A DNA stretch of 64,000 nt from an uncultured virus (IMG/VR IMGVR_UViG_3300028048_000131) (lineage: Duplodnaviria > Heunggongvirae > Uroviricota > Caudoviricetes). Positions within the stretch are counted from its first letter, which is position 1. Each line of letters starts with the position of its first letter. The stretch lies in IMG/VR virus record IMGVR_UViG_3300028048_000131; one strand, 5' to 3'. Position numbers and translations under genes: made by a program. Shown piece after piece: positions 9,161 to 19,844 of the stretch. The notes below the pieces were generated by a model. The model was given only the letters and a program-made list of their open reading frames with translations. It did no database searches and was not told the DNA's origin.

Positions 9161-10426
9161 TCAAAGCTCCATATTGTTCAGCAGATCTTGGGCCAGTTTA
9201 CCTTTATCGTTGCTTCCTTGTCCTACTTGAGCTTTGATTTTCGCAATAGTCGCCTGCAGGGCAGGAGAACTTCCCACAGTACCGGGACTGCTCCATGAAG
9301 GCTCTTCTTGTGTAGCTTCTTCAGGAGCTTCTTCCTGCTTTACAACAGGTTTCTTCAGACCACCTAAAGAAGACAGTCCTGACGCTTTCTGAGCAGGTTT
9401 AGAAGGTACTTTAGAGGTTGCCATGGAGACTTTGGTATCAAACTGCAGATCTTCCCAGTTTCTGTCCTGAGAAAACACATATTTAACTGTATCTGAGCCG
9501 AACTCTGCACACAGCAGGTCGATCTGTTCTTTGACAGTCAGATAATTGAATACCTTTTCCCACGGAACCCATAGCGCTTTTGCTTCATCCGGTTCAAAGT
9601 TCATTTCCGTGGGCTGCCACTGACTTGCAGGAACATCTGAAGGCTGCACAGAAGGACACAGATACTTGCGTCCTTTCTCGTCAACAGCTGTATTCAGATA
9701 CAACCAATTACCATTGAGCTCCGCAAGAGAACCAAAAGTATTGTTTGCTGTTCCAATAGGTTTCCTGCGATCCATTGGATTGATAAGAGCTTTCAGCAAC
9801 TCATTGATGGAGTTCTTATGCGTGATACCGATTACTGCATACAAAGGAGCTTCTTCTGCGTCCTCTTCATAGGACTTCTTGCAGACCATTCCATTGATCA
9901 TCTGGCAAACAGCCTGAAAGAACAGTGTTGCTTTTGGATAGGGGAGTGTTCCTCCCAGAGATGTCCACGAACGCCAGATATCCTGTACTTTCAGCTTTGT
10001 CTTTCTACCATTAGCAGCTGATCTCACTGCACGGTGGATACTGTTACAGAAATAGTTTAACGGTGAATCAGGATACCGCTCCCAGTCATCACTGTTAGGA
10101 CGCAGACTGGAAACCACATCCATTCCTGCCTCTCCGAAGTGATCACACACATCCACCATATAGAAAGTATCAGACAGGAACTGAGTCTGATCCGCATCCG
10201 GGGACCACATGGTCGGATCAATTACCTGTGGAAAGAAATCTGTACCGTCGTTACCGGGACAAATACGGACAATGCTATCCCTGCCTGTCCAAAGGATCCT
10301 TCCAATGAAGCTCTGCTGATAATCAAATATCTGCTTATATCCATCAGTACCTTCCTGTACAACTAATGGAAGGCGTCTGTTCTGCTGATTGTTCTGAGTT
10401 TGTCCTCTGTAAATGTTTTTCTGCAT
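9161..10426 (-). CDS. hypothetical protein, possibly ssDNA-binding
   Basis: 421-aa ORF directly upstream of the RecA-like gene, low-complexity C-terminus; function inferred from position only. Confidence 0.55.
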   Translation of the reverse strand: MQKNIYRGQTQNNQQNRRLPLVVQEGTDGYKQIFDYQQSFIGRILWTGRDSIVRICPGNDGTDFFPQVIDPTMWSPDADQTQFLSDTFYMVDVCDHFGEAGMDVVSSLRPNSDDWERYPDSPLNYFCNSIHRAVRSAANGRKTKLKVQDIWRSWTSLGGTLPYPKATLFFQAVCQMINGMVCKKSYEEDAEEAPLYAVIGITHKNSINELLKALINPMDRRKPIGTANNTFGSLAELNGNWLYLNTAVDEKGRKYLCPSVQPSDVPASQWQPTEMNFEPDEAKALWVPWEKVFNYLTVKEQIDLLCAEFGSDTVKYVFSQDRNWEDLQFDTKVSMATSKVPSKPAQKASGLSSLGGLKKPVVKQEEAPEEATQEEPSWSSPGTVGSSPALQATIAKIKAQVGQGSNDKGKLAQDLLNNMEL

Positions 10427-10429
10427 TGT

Positions 10430-10726
10430 TTACCTTTCTAAAATTATTTTATGTACTACTGCCTGCCTTGTGATACCTTCTGTAGGGATGTTCACTTGCA
10501 GGACAACTTTACTGTTTACTTTCATTGTTTCCACATATGCTGTAGTGGCAGCTGCATCGAATACATCTACATTGAGAACATGCATACCGCCAAAATCAGA
10601 CAATATCTGTCGATTTGCCTTACGCTTCTTATCCTGTTCCACAGACTTTATGCAAAGCATAACTGCTTCTTCAGGATCTGCGAAGGCAAACCTGTAATTC
10701 TCTATTTCAAGTAAATAGATTACCAT
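10430..10726 (-). CDS. hypothetical protein
   Basis: 98-aa ORF in operon. Confidence 0.65.
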   Translation of the reverse strand: MVIYLLEIENYRFAFADPEEAVMLCIKSVEQDKKRKANRQILSDFGGMHVLNVDVFDAAATTAYVETMKVNSKVVLQVNIPTEGITRQAVVHKIILER

Positions 10727-11216
10727 TTTTTATCAATTTCTTTGCTGTCTTTAACCCATTTTTCCAGGCTGTAGTCACAATGGACTTCAGCTCAGGCTTT
10801 TTCATTTTCAACTCTTCTTTGTTAAACTCAGGTCTTCTTCTCAACAGATCTTCCCAATAGCTCTCAGCCTTGCAGGGGCATTTATTAACGCAGCTCTTAC
10901 AGTCCTTGAGACACACAAAATCTCCGTGTCCATTTTCCATCTCTCTTGCATTGGTGATCTCCAGCCTGCAGGGATCGGCTTCCATAAGGATCCTTTTAAG
11001 CTTCCTGGAGCTGACTTTCCCTGCATATAGGAGTTTTTCACTGTCCCATAAGGTACATTGATCTGGAATAAGTTTCCCGTCGTTCCTTAAGGTAGACATA
11101 CATAAAGATAGAGGGAACCTGGTGATAGAGGTCTTAAGCTGTCCGATCACCCCATTGGAGGTTGAGTAGTTTACTTTAAGTACACGCAGGATGTAGCTGT
11201 AGGTTTCTTCTGTCAT
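10707..11216 (-). CDS. hypothetical protein with Cys cluster
   Basis: 169-aa ORF with AGGAG RBS. Confidence 0.7.
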   Translation of the reverse strand: MTEETYSYILRVLKVNYSTSNGVIGQLKTSITRFPLSLCMSTLRNDGKLIPDQCTLWDSEKLLYAGKVSSRKLKRILMEADPCRLEITNAREMENGHGDFVCLKDCKSCVNKCPCKAESYWEDLLRRRPEFNKEELKMKKPELKSIVTTAWKNGLKTAKKLIKNGNLFT

Positions 11217-11266
11217 AGTTGCTCCTTTCTAGAAGAATCTACAGCCTGACTTTTCAAAAGTCAAAT

Positions 11267-12754
11267 TTATAATACATTCGTATAGGATTCCTGCGTGTCC
11301 ACGCTCAGCTGTTCATTCTCTTTCTGAAGTTCTGCGATGTTTATGAACTGTCCATTCCTTCCAGGAGCATAACCTTCCAACAGCTTAAACATAGCATGAT
11401 TGCCGTCCAGCTCGATCACACATTCGCAAGGATACGCGCGCCTATTCTTATCACAGATATACCAACAACGTTGATTATCGTCACGTTTGCCCTGCACGAT
11501 TGCATAATCAGTCCAGTTAGCTGCCGATTTAATGAACTGTAATTCTACTGAAGTAGGTTTCCTGGATGCAGGGGACTTCTTGATGCCCGGTTCTAGCTGA
11601 TGAAAGATAATGATCCTGGTATGGAACTTCTTGGCAACCTGTACAAGCCCTGTGAGAAACTCATTTGCAATAGCTATATACTCTGTCACCTGTCCGATAT
11701 CGACACCTCTCTTAGTGGCTATATTCTTCACAGCAGCTCCGAGCCAGTCAACCATTACATAGGTTGGAACTTTGCCCTGAGCAGTCTGCCACATTGTAAG
11801 ACGTTTTTCGATACTGTACACAGAAAAGTCATCTTCTGGATCATCAGGATCAAGCATCTCATTACCGGAGAAATCCGAAGATATGATCTTATCCGCAGCT
11901 TGTGTTCTAATTTTCTCGAACTTTAGTCTGACCTGCTCTGAAAGATCCTTGTATTCAGATCCTCGGATCATATCCAAGTCGTATCCTGTAACGAAGCTCA
12001 CCAGGCGTTGCATGAGGTCTTGGTCAAAAGGCTGTTCGTACGTAAACCATGCTACACAATTACCTATAAGTAGTTGACTACCAACGAATTGTATAGTCTG
12101 CATAGACTTTCCTGCACCCATCAGACCTGCAATCAGACACACTTCTCCTTCAGACATGCCCCCGCAAGTTACCTTATCAAAGTAGTTAACTCCCATAGGT
12201 ACTTTTGGAACTCTTTTCAAAAACTTCTCTACTTTTAATAGAGGATTTATATAGAGTTCCTTGGAATCAGATCCATTCAAAGAGGACTGTATTTCAGCTC
12301 CCTGTTCCACCAATTTCTTGATGGCCGCGAATCTGGAGCTGTTATTGATAGCACTGGAAAGGTTCCTGTTAATGGCCTCTTCCAATACGCCTTTCAGATA
12401 TTCCTTACCATCCTTTGGATTCAGTTCTATCTGATTAAGATAGCTTGTACAGAGCTGCTTCAGCTTTTCCCTGTTCTCGGGAAGCATATCTGTCTTGGGA
12501 AGCTCCGAGAGAACTTCTGCCACATAATTCTGTCTGTCTATCTGCAGCCATCTGTTTTCCTGCTTGGACTTGACCACTTCATTGATCATGCAATTCCACA
12601 TGAGCGCCAGATGTGGTCTTCTCCTGGAGGGAAACAGATCAGCACCTTTCTTTGCTGCCTTAAGGGCCTGCAATAAAAGATCACTGTTACTTATAACATG
12701 CAGCAGACAGAGATCGTTCTTATCTAGTGGGATCATCTGCCAGCGCCTTTCCAA
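11267..12754 (-). CDS. DnaB-like replicative helicase
   Basis: GGMSEGEVCLIAGLMGAGKS (Walker A), FTYEQ, VMVDW, IFHQL, KNRR; start may be 12736. Confidence 0.85.
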   Translation of the reverse strand: MERRWQMIPLDKNDLCLLHVISNSDLLLQALKAAKKGADLFPSRRRPHLALMWNCMINEVVKSKQENRWLQIDRQNYVAEVLSELPKTDMLPENREKLKQLCTSYLNQIELNPKDGKEYLKGVLEEAINRNLSSAINNSSRFAAIKKLVEQGAEIQSSLNGSDSKELYINPLLKVEKFLKRVPKVPMGVNYFDKVTCGGMSEGEVCLIAGLMGAGKSMQTIQFVGSQLLIGNCVAWFTYEQPFDQDLMQRLVSFVTGYDLDMIRGSEYKDLSEQVRLKFEKIRTQAADKIISSDFSGNEMLDPDDPEDDFSVYSIEKRLTMWQTAQGKVPTYVMVDWLGAAVKNIATKRGVDIGQVTEYIAIANEFLTGLVQVAKKFHTRIIIFHQLEPGIKKSPASRKPTSVELQFIKSAANWTDYAIVQGKRDDNQRCWYICDKNRRAYPCECVIELDGNHAMFKLLEGYAPGRNGQFINIAELQKENEQLSVDTQESYTNVL

Positions 12755-13184
12755 TTTCGTTATATGGTTCTGGTAACGATGCTACCACCGAAGGGAACAT
12801 TTTGCAATAAGCTTTTGCCTTAGGAACCAACCTATCAACCACATAACCTTCTCCTGCAAACAACAGAAAAATCGCTATAGGTATAGACATGTTCTCCAGA
12901 TGCTTCAAAGCATCTTCCATGCCCAGCTCATTGGATGTCAGCTGCGCATATAGAGTTCCCGCATTCAGAATATGTCTTGGCAGAGATTGTGCTTCCTGAG
13001 TACATTCCTGTTTGTAGAGTTGAACATTATTTTCCTGTAGAGCCTTCCTTTCGAGCAATAAGGGACCCTGCTTTTCAGCAAGCCACAGCAAATATCCCTC
13101 AATAGGAATATCGTGTACCGCCTTAAGCTCTTTCAAGGACTGCTTTACATCCCTGGAAAAAGGGAGTTTATCTAGATCTTCCAT
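12720..13184 (-). CDS. hypothetical protein
   Basis: 154-aa ORF with AAGGA RBS. Confidence 0.7.
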   Translation of the reverse strand: MEDLDKLPFSRDVKQSLKELKAVHDIPIEGYLLWLAEKQGPLLLERKALQENNVQLYKQECTQEAQSLPRHILNAGTLYAQLTSNELGMEDALKHLENMSIPIAIFLLFAGEGYVVDRLVPKAKAYCKMFPSVVASLPEPYNEIGKALADDPTR

Positions 13185-13200
13185 AACACTTTCCTTCTAC

Positions 13201-13235
13201 AAACAAAAAGAGGAGCCCCGTTAAGAGGCTCCTCC
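13201..13235 (-). terminator. intrinsic terminator
   Basis: Minus strand GAGGAGCC-TCTTAACG-GGGCTCCTC followed by TTTTTGTTT. Confidence 0.7.
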
Positions 13236-13260
13236 CCGCCATATTGAAAGGAACAAACGG

Positions 13261-13740
13261 TTATCGGAACTTCTTTACGATCTTTTCACCTGTATCCAAA
13301 TTGAGCATCCCGCATGACACGATATCTTCCGGTGGAATGCCCAATTCTTCTGCCAGCTCCATAGTTTCTTTCATAAGCTGATTTTCAACAGCTTTCTTAC
13401 AGGGCTTCTTCGTTTTCTTTTTGCAGCAGCCCTCTGATGGGATATGAGCATCCTGGAGTGCAACCAGCACCTCACAAGCAGTCTTAAGGGCCTGCATCTC
13501 CCGGATAGTTTTATCCAGGACTGTAATAGCTTCTTCAGGTGTCTTTGGAAGCTCGGTGTCGCTGTTCATTGAGTTTTCAATGCTATCAAAGAGTTCTTCA
13601 AGGCCTCGTGACACCTTTTTAAATTCTTCTTTTGTCATCGTACAAGAACTCTTATTTGTCACTTTTTCCTTCTTGCAGCAACCCTTTTTGGAACATTTTC
13701 CGGTAGTTGCCTTGCAGAATCTTCCTTTTGCGTCTCTCAT
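13261..13740 (-). CDS. hypothetical Lys/Cys-rich protein
   Basis: 159-aa ORF, ATGA overlap with upstream helicase. Confidence 0.7.
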   Translation of the reverse strand: MRDAKGRFCKATTGKCSKKGCCKKEKVTNKSSCTMTKEEFKKVSRGLEELFDSIENSMNSDTELPKTPEEAITVLDKTIREMQALKTACEVLVALQDAHIPSEGCCKKKTKKPCKKAVENQLMKETMELAEELGIPPEDIVSCGMLNLDTGEKIVKKFR

Positions 13741-15245
13741 ACTTGTTTGTCCTTTCTTAAGTTTTGCAGGATCTCTGTTAATGTGATTTTTTGCCAGCCC
13801 TGCTTCTGGTATTCTTTTTCTCTTTTCTTTGCTCTGGCTTCTGCTTTCTCACAGAAATCGTCCTGGATATCTATAAGATACGACATGGGCTTGTTTTTGT
13901 CAAGTCGGGCAAGTCTTCCAGGGATCTGAATAGAAGGTATCCCGGAAGTTGCTCCATCGGCTCTTATAAGTACAGCCAAATGCGACAAATTGACCCCTGC
14001 CTGCCATACCTGCGTGGCAACACAGTACTTCAAGTCAGCCTTCTCAAATGCTCTCTTAGTCCAGTTCAGCTGCTTGAGATTTTGTTCATATCTCTTTACG
14101 AAGACATTCTTAAGTGCTTTCTGCTCCTTGTATTTTTCCAACGAGCCTCTTTCTCCGTGTGCCCATTTACATTCGGGTAGCATCTCACAGAGTTTAATCA
14201 GGTGGGCTAAAGATTGAACCATTATAAGAATCTGTATATCGGGATTCGCTCTTTGAATTTCCTTGAAGGTATTAACAACGATACGATCCCTTACAGGATT
14301 ACTTGTATAGAACAGTTTAGTCCTCATATAATCAGGCATATTCGGTTTGTCGAGATAATCCAGTTTCTTCCCAACAGGAATCATTGCATAGGAAATATCG
14401 GTTACATTACCTGCTTCTTTAGCCTGCTGGAAAGTAACATCCTGAATGACTGGCCCAAAGATGGCTTCGAACATCTTGATGTCGCCCTGATTTCTGATAG
14501 GTGTGGCTGTAAAGCCAAAGCGCCTTGCATAGCAGAACTTTAAGATATCGTTGCCTGAAGCATTAAGGCCATAGTTATGCGCCTCATCCGCAAGCACCAA
14601 CTGTACACGTTCCGGATTGAGCTTATTCATGGACTTAGTAGTGGTTACTATGATCCTCTTCCCATCGATGTTATTGCTGTCCATATTCAACAGCCCAACT
14701 TCTCCGGGGAGAGCTTCATTGATTGCCCTGTAAAGCTCCCTGACAACCTCTCCAGCAGCACACACTACCAGAATGTTCAATGTCGGATAAACTCTGCAGA
14801 GCTCTTTAATAAGAAAGCTTTTTCCAAATCCTACTGTAGAGCTGATAACACCGCACTTTTCCGTGGTCAATAAGGCAAGGGTCTCTATCTGCCCCTGTCT
14901 GAATGTGTCACCCTGAAGCTTCGTAAAGTCCGGTTCCGGGGTCAACAAAGGGTCGAACTTCTCTTCCACCTCATATTGCTCGCCTTCCTTATCCAGAGCC
15001 TCTTTAAGGGCCTTCCAGGAGCCTATAAGAAAATAGCAGGTGTTTCCCTCTACTTGGAATACACTCTCTTGGGTACATTTATAAGGATTTGGTTTCTGCG
15101 CTTTTCCGTAGGACTTCAGAAACTGTCTCTCGGCTTTGATCTCTTCAGGCGTCTTGCGTTCTCTTAGAGTGAAACTCCCGACAGAATCGTATTTATGATT
15201 CCAAGGAGAAGCTGTACAGATGGTGTAACTCAGGGTGATCTTCAT
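13737..15245 (-). CDS. superfamily 2 (DEAH) DNA helicase
   Basis: STVGFGKS, LADEAH, GFTATP, QIPGRLAR; start MKITL at 15245 overlaps the sbcC-like stop. Confidence 0.88.
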   Translation of the reverse strand: MKITLSYTICTASPWNHKYDSVGSFTLRERKTPEEIKAERQFLKSYGKAQKPNPYKCTQESVFQVEGNTCYFLIGSWKALKEALDKEGEQYEVEEKFDPLLTPEPDFTKLQGDTFRQGQIETLALLTTEKCGVISSTVGFGKSFLIKELCRVYPTLNILVVCAAGEVVRELYRAINEALPGEVGLLNMDSNNIDGKRIIVTTTKSMNKLNPERVQLVLADEAHNYGLNASGNDILKFCYARRFGFTATPIRNQGDIKMFEAIFGPVIQDVTFQQAKEAGNVTDISYAMIPVGKKLDYLDKPNMPDYMRTKLFYTSNPVRDRIVVNTFKEIQRANPDIQILIMVQSLAHLIKLCEMLPECKWAHGERGSLEKYKEQKALKNVFVKRYEQNLKQLNWTKRAFEKADLKYCVATQVWQAGVNLSHLAVLIRADGATSGIPSIQIPGRLARLDKNKPMSYLIDIQDDFCEKAEARAKKREKEYQKQGWQKITLTEILQNLRKDKQV

Positions 15246-17149
15246 GTTGGCAGCTCCCAAGTCTGATCACAATCACTTGATACATCTTCTGCTTGAGAAA
15301 TTACCAAAACACTTCCATTCATGCTGTCTGCCAATGTTCTGTACAAACGGGCCGCTATGAACTTGTTCTCCGGCGATAGTGCCGCATCTGCTTCGTCTAC
15401 CAAGAGTAGAGACAATTCCGGAAAAGCTGTCTCCACCAACGCCATTTGTACTGCAATAGCTGCCGCTGCCTGCTGCGCTCCTGAAAGCATCCCTGCAGGG
15501 TGTTCCTGCTCAGCGTCTATCATATGAAACTTGAACAAGTGATCCTTCTTATCAAGCTTCAATATAAAAGGCATCTCAGATAAGGCCAGATAGTGCTCAA
15601 TATAACTGTTAAGTGTGTCGAGCTTCCCATTAAGATACCGTGTCTGTGCCCTTGACTGGGATAACACATCTCTTGTCCTTGTGAACAGCTTCTTGACATA
15701 AGTGTTTCTCTCGTGTTCCTCTTTCTCCTTCTCCAAGGCCGCTATGGATGTTTCCGCTACAGCTTTATTGCTTTTCGCATCTGACAGTGCCTGGGTTACG
15801 GTATGTATGGTTTCCTTGATGTTATGGATCCTGGTCTGGAGAGATTCTTCTTCATCTCCTATGATAACAGCTTCCAGGATCCTCTTCTGCTCTCTCTGCA
15901 GTTCCTCCAGTTTGGGGAGTTCTGTTTGCAGCTTCTTCTGCAGACTTATTATCTCTGCATTTACAAGACGGTTCTCATCTACAGCTTTGAGAATACTTTC
16001 CAATCTATTAAGCTGCTCCTGCTTAGTCTTAATGGCATTTGTTACCAGAGCAAGATCTTCCTGTATATGCTTCAGAGTATTTTCCACATATTCCAACGCA
16101 GACTCATAGCTTCCTGTGCTTCCAGTGATTTCTGCAGCTCTCTTATCCTTATATGCCTTTGTGTTCTTTACTGTACTTCCGCAATAATCACATACCGGGT
16201 TGTTCAGATGTAGAAGCTTTTCCCGAAGTTCTACAAATTTCGAATTTGTCTGATGCAGCTCTTCAATCCTTGTTTTGGCTGTATCTATGGAGAACTGAAC
16301 ATTTTCCTTTTCCTCATACAACTGCATAGGAGTTTTATTGTCAGGGATTTTATGCAGGTGCCCTGTAAGCTGCTCCACTCGGAACTGCAGTTCCTGTACA
16401 ACCTTAGTTTGTGTAGATAAAGGTTCCTGCATTTCTTCCAGCAGCTTCTTCTGCTCAGATTCTCTTAGAATAGTCTTGCCTGTATAGGAAGCGAGTTCTA
16501 TATACTGAGCATTAAGTTCTTCCAGTTCTTTCTGCAGACCTTCTATATCAGGCATCTGTGCAAGCACTTCCTGCCAGTGCTTGATTTTAGGTTCCTGATC
16601 ACCTCTGATATCAGCTATATGAGAAGTTATTACTTTCAGAGCATCTCTGAGCTTTTCAAGTTTCTTGGTGTCAAAGATCAGGCCAAGGAATGTATTGATA
16701 GCTGCTGCAGGAGCTGTAAGCAGCCATACAAGTCCTCCCTGCCTGAGCCACATCAATTGTGCCAGTATAGTTACAGTCACAGGAAGCTTGCTTTCCAGGA
16801 AGGCGTTTACTCTCTGTCTCTTTTCAATGTACAGTTTGGGATCTTCACAGGAGATGCTGTCGGCAGCTTTGGAGGTTGTGATGACGTATCTCCTGAGTGT
16901 ATACTCATGTCCCTCTATATCGAGTGTTACCTGGGCATATCCTGGAGAAGAAGTTCCATCTTTCTGAAGATCCGACTGAGTCCCCCAGGAAGGATCACAC
17001 CAACCTGTAAGAGCATATACAATGCCCCGCAGGAAATTTGTCTTTCCAGCTCCATTGGGAGCATATACACGGGTGATCCCTTCAGACAGATCACAATGAA
17101 GCTTCTCGAACTGGCAAAAATTAAATAGTGTCACATCTTTTACTATCAT
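15242..17149 (-). CDS. SbcC/Rad50-like ATPase
   Basis: APNGAGKT, coiled coil with CDYC zinc hook, LSGAQ signature, LLVDE; start MIVKD at 17149. Confidence 0.88.
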   Translation of the reverse strand: MIVKDVTLFNFCQFEKLHCDLSEGITRVYAPNGAGKTNFLRGIVYALTGWCDPSWGTQSDLQKDGTSSPGYAQVTLDIEGHEYTLRRYVITTSKAADSISCEDPKLYIEKRQRVNAFLESKLPVTVTILAQLMWLRQGGLVWLLTAPAAAINTFLGLIFDTKKLEKLRDALKVITSHIADIRGDQEPKIKHWQEVLAQMPDIEGLQKELEELNAQYIELASYTGKTILRESEQKKLLEEMQEPLSTQTKVVQELQFRVEQLTGHLHKIPDNKTPMQLYEEKENVQFSIDTAKTRIEELHQTNSKFVELREKLLHLNNPVCDYCGSTVKNTKAYKDKRAAEITGSTGSYESALEYVENTLKHIQEDLALVTNAIKTKQEQLNRLESILKAVDENRLVNAEIISLQKKLQTELPKLEELQREQKRILEAVIIGDEEESLQTRIHNIKETIHTVTQALSDAKSNKAVAETSIAALEKEKEEHERNTYVKKLFTRTRDVLSQSRAQTRYLNGKLDTLNSYIEHYLALSEMPFILKLDKKDHLFKFHMIDAEQEHPAGMLSGAQQAAAAIAVQMALVETAFPELSLLLVDEADAALSPENKFIAARLYRTLADSMNGSVLVISQAEDVSSDCDQTWELPT

Positions 17150-18207
17150 ATCATTATCACCTCCCATTTTTTGAGAAGACCTAACATCAGGTCGTCTGGA
17201 GTTTCCGACTGATAGATCTTTGCTGCAAAAGGTACCATCACATCTGCCAGTTCAGGTTCTGTCTCCTTTATCTCTTCCAAGACTGCATCAATAAGCGTTC
17301 CTGTAGACTGTGCTGTCTGAGCTTCCTTATGAAGTTCCTGAGGAGCTGTATTTGCAACTACAATGATATCTTCCCTGTTAACAAACTCTCTTGGGACTTT
17401 ATATCCTTGAGGAGCTTTGATAAAAAGTACCGGAGGGAGGTTATATTGATTCCTTTCGATAAGGACTTTGACAGCTTCTTCCAATTCTTTTGGATCTTCC
17501 AGGAACTTATAGTCACGGACTTTGACAGGTATATCACTTGCAGTCAGATTGCCATTTTCTATCAGAAGCTTTATCATGTACTGCTGATGTCTGGCCTGTC
17601 CGATATCCTGAGGTACCAGAGGCCCGGGGCTTGTACAAGTAGAGTTGTTTTTAATTACTTTCTGATGTACATGGATGTCTCCCACAAAAATGTCAAAAGA
17701 AGCTTCCAGCATATTCCAAATCTCTTCAAGTGTTATAATATGCTGCATGAAGAAGACATCCAATGACTGATGCATTATCAAGACCTTTTTGCGCGGACTT
17801 TGACGAGATGCTTCGTCAATGTTAGAAAGATGATATAATATATCACCTTTGGTATTACACCAGTCTATTCCATAGAAGACAACTCCCATAATATCTGTAC
17901 CTGTATCATCAAGATGTACGATGTTGGTTCCCAAAGAAGAGACAATATCAGGAATGATATTGTCATGGTTGCCTCTGATGTAGTATAGGGTATCGATGTT
18001 CCTCATTAGAGTGGAGACTGCTTCAAGATCTGTGGAAGAAGGTCTGTTGGAGTCAAACAAGTCTCCACAGGAAATAACAAAGCCTCTTCCAACTTCTTTC
18101 TGTACTTCTTTCAGAGCTTCATAAGCATCTCCCTGGATCCTTGGGAAATTGGTCCATAGTCTCTGTTTCACATGGGCATCTGCTATTAGTATGCCCTTTC
18201 CTTTCAT
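17146..18207 (-). CDS. SbcD/Mre11-like metallophosphoesterase nuclease
   Basis: ADAH, GDLFD, RGNHD, MHQ, GDIH motifs. Confidence 0.88.
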   Translation of the reverse strand: MKGKGILIADAHVKQRLWTNFPRIQGDAYEALKEVQKEVGRGFVISCGDLFDSNRPSSTDLEAVSTLMRNIDTLYYIRGNHDNIIPDIVSSLGTNIVHLDDTGTDIMGVVFYGIDWCNTKGDILYHLSNIDEASRQSPRKKVLIMHQSLDVFFMQHIITLEEIWNMLEASFDIFVGDIHVHQKVIKNNSTCTSPGPLVPQDIGQARHQQYMIKLLIENGNLTASDIPVKVRDYKFLEDPKELEEAVKVLIERNQYNLPPVLFIKAPQGYKVPREFVNREDIIVVANTAPQELHKEAQTAQSTGTLIDAVLEEIKETEPELADVMVPFAAKIYQSETPDDLMLGLLKKWEVIMI

Positions 18208-18354
18208 TCTTTGCCTCCTTCCAGCCCTTTTCTGATGTTACCCTATATGATGAGTAGGGTAGACGCTTTTAAGGGCTTTATTCTTTTTTTATTTCATTTG
18301 TAATCGTCACAGCGAGCAATTTCTGCGAGCTACGTACGTGCGATTCAGACTTTA

Positions 18355-18530
18355 GATAAAAATTTTCTTTTATATTAAGAAGTACTTATAACCCTTTAGG
18401 GTTATAAGAGATATAAAAGTACTTTTTAAGTAAAGTCTTAAAGTACTTTAAAGGTTTTAAAGTTCTTAGGTGCTAAGTACTTTTTAAGTAACTTTATATT
18501 ATATATCTTTACTAGTACTTCTTATTAGGA
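18355..18530. repeat. AT-rich intergenic region with repeated palindromic AGTACT cores (candidate replication origin)
   Basis: AAGTACTT near 18380, 18417, 18441, 18476 and TAGTACTT near 18513, in a very AT-rich gap upstream of the replication operon. Confidence 0.5.
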
Positions 18531-18562
18531 ATGGGGTATGGGGAGAACCTTCTGCGTGATTT

Positions 18563-18841
18563 TCAATCGGTAAGAAGACTATCGAAAACTTCAAGCAATG
18601 CTTCCTTGCAGGCATTCTTCATCTGTTCCTGTAGTTCTTGTTCTGTTGCTCTTCCGGCTCTTCTGCCCTTACAAGTCTTACAAAGAAATACCTGTTTACC
18701 TGAACTATAGTAAAGTTCACCCTTCTTGGAATGCTTTCCACATTTATAGCATAGAGGTGATAACTCTTGCTTTGGCTCTTCTTTTTCTTTTTGTTCTTGT
18801 TGTGCTCTGAGCATTTGTTCCAGCTTCTCTTTTAACTTCAT
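18563..18841 (-). CDS. small zinc-finger protein
   Basis: CYKC...CKTC, 92 aa. Confidence 0.65.
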   Translation of the reverse strand: MKLKEKLEQMLRAQQEQKEKEEPKQELSPLCYKCGKHSKKGELYYSSGKQVFLCKTCKGRRAGRATEQELQEQMKNACKEALLEVFDSLLTD

Positions 18842-18943
18842 TCTTTTTCCTCCTTTTGTGTTCTTAAACCTCTTTTCCGCCCCTTACCCATGTCAGTGTA
18901 TGGGTAGACCCTCCAAACGCGGTCTGAAGGGCCTTTCTCGAAG

Positions 18944-19264
18944 TTACATTGTAGGAGCAGTTGTGAATTCCTTGTTATCGGGAATGTCCGCGGGGATTGT
19001 TCCCCGCTTCTTGTCGTAAAAGATATCCTCCGGTTTCGGAGTTTCTTTGTGTTCAAAGAGCCTCATTCTTTCCTTCCTGTCGTTCACTGCTTCCCTCAGC
19101 TCATCGAGCAGTTCTTCATCGGAAAGCTCTGAAAGCTTCTTTTTCTCTTTTGGTTCTTCCTTTTCAGAACATTTCCAACAGATGAAAATCTGTTCATCCT
19201 TGTCGAGTGTCACTTTTCCTGTAAAAGCTTCTCTTCCACATCTTCTGCATTGCATTCTGATCAT
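18944..19264 (-). CDS. small zinc-finger protein
   Basis: CRRC...CWKC, AGGAG RBS. Confidence 0.6.
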   Translation of the reverse strand: MIRMQCRRCGREAFTGKVTLDKDEQIFICWKCSEKEEPKEKKKLSELSDEELLDELREAVNDRKERMRLFEHKETPKPEDIFYDKKRGTIPADIPDNKEFTTAPTM

Positions 19265-19367
19265 TTGTGTACATCTCCTTTTCGTTTTTAGTTATATTTT
19301 ACAGCGATTCTATGTCTTGCCCATATCAATTATAGGCTAGACTGTGAATCACGGTTTAAAGGACCTT

Positions 19368-19829
19368 TTATTCCTTGTCCCAGTCTCTCTTCTTTGCCAG
19401 CTTGTCGAAACACCCAGGGCAGAGAGTTCTGTACCACCCATTTAATACAGTTAGCTTTCCCTTTGCTCCGCAGTGCTCGCATGTGGTATTACAACCCTTT
19501 TCAAGCTCCTCCAGATAGCCTCTGAACAAGTTCTCTGTTTCCGGTTCCTGGACGGGAGCTGCTTCCCATGTCTGTTTGCTTTTCTCGTGCAGACACCAAT
19601 ATACTCGGATATCTCCGAACTTTTCTTTTATCTGCTTTGCAACAAAAACTTTGTTTTGCAGCTCTTCATTGAGTGCTTCCACTTTTTCACAGAAAGTTTT
19701 TAAAGGGTTGAACCAACCGTCGTTACATTCGATACCGTAATGCATACAGGACTGCATCTCTGTGCAATCCATTTCCTGTAGAAACGTCGGTGCAATCCTC
19801 CTCAGTTCTTTTTCAAGTTCTTCTCTCAT
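19368..19829 (-). CDS. conserved phage hypothetical protein
   Basis: ECNDGW, QIKEKFG.IRVY, CEHCG, GWYRTLC pattern typical of a widespread phage family. Confidence 0.7.
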   Translation of the reverse strand: MREELEKELRRIAPTFLQEMDCTEMQSCMHYGIECNDGWFNPLKTFCEKVEALNEELQNKVFVAKQIKEKFGDIRVYWCLHEKSKQTWEAAPVQEPETENLFRGYLEELEKGCNTTCEHCGAKGKLTVLNGWYRTLCPGCFDKLAKKRDWDKE

Positions 19830-19844
19830 CCTGCTTCTACTCCT

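Noticed and set aside
18838..19056. 72-aa minus-strand ORF
   Set aside because: Overlaps 18944..19264 by over 100 nt on the same strand; could be real but not supportable.
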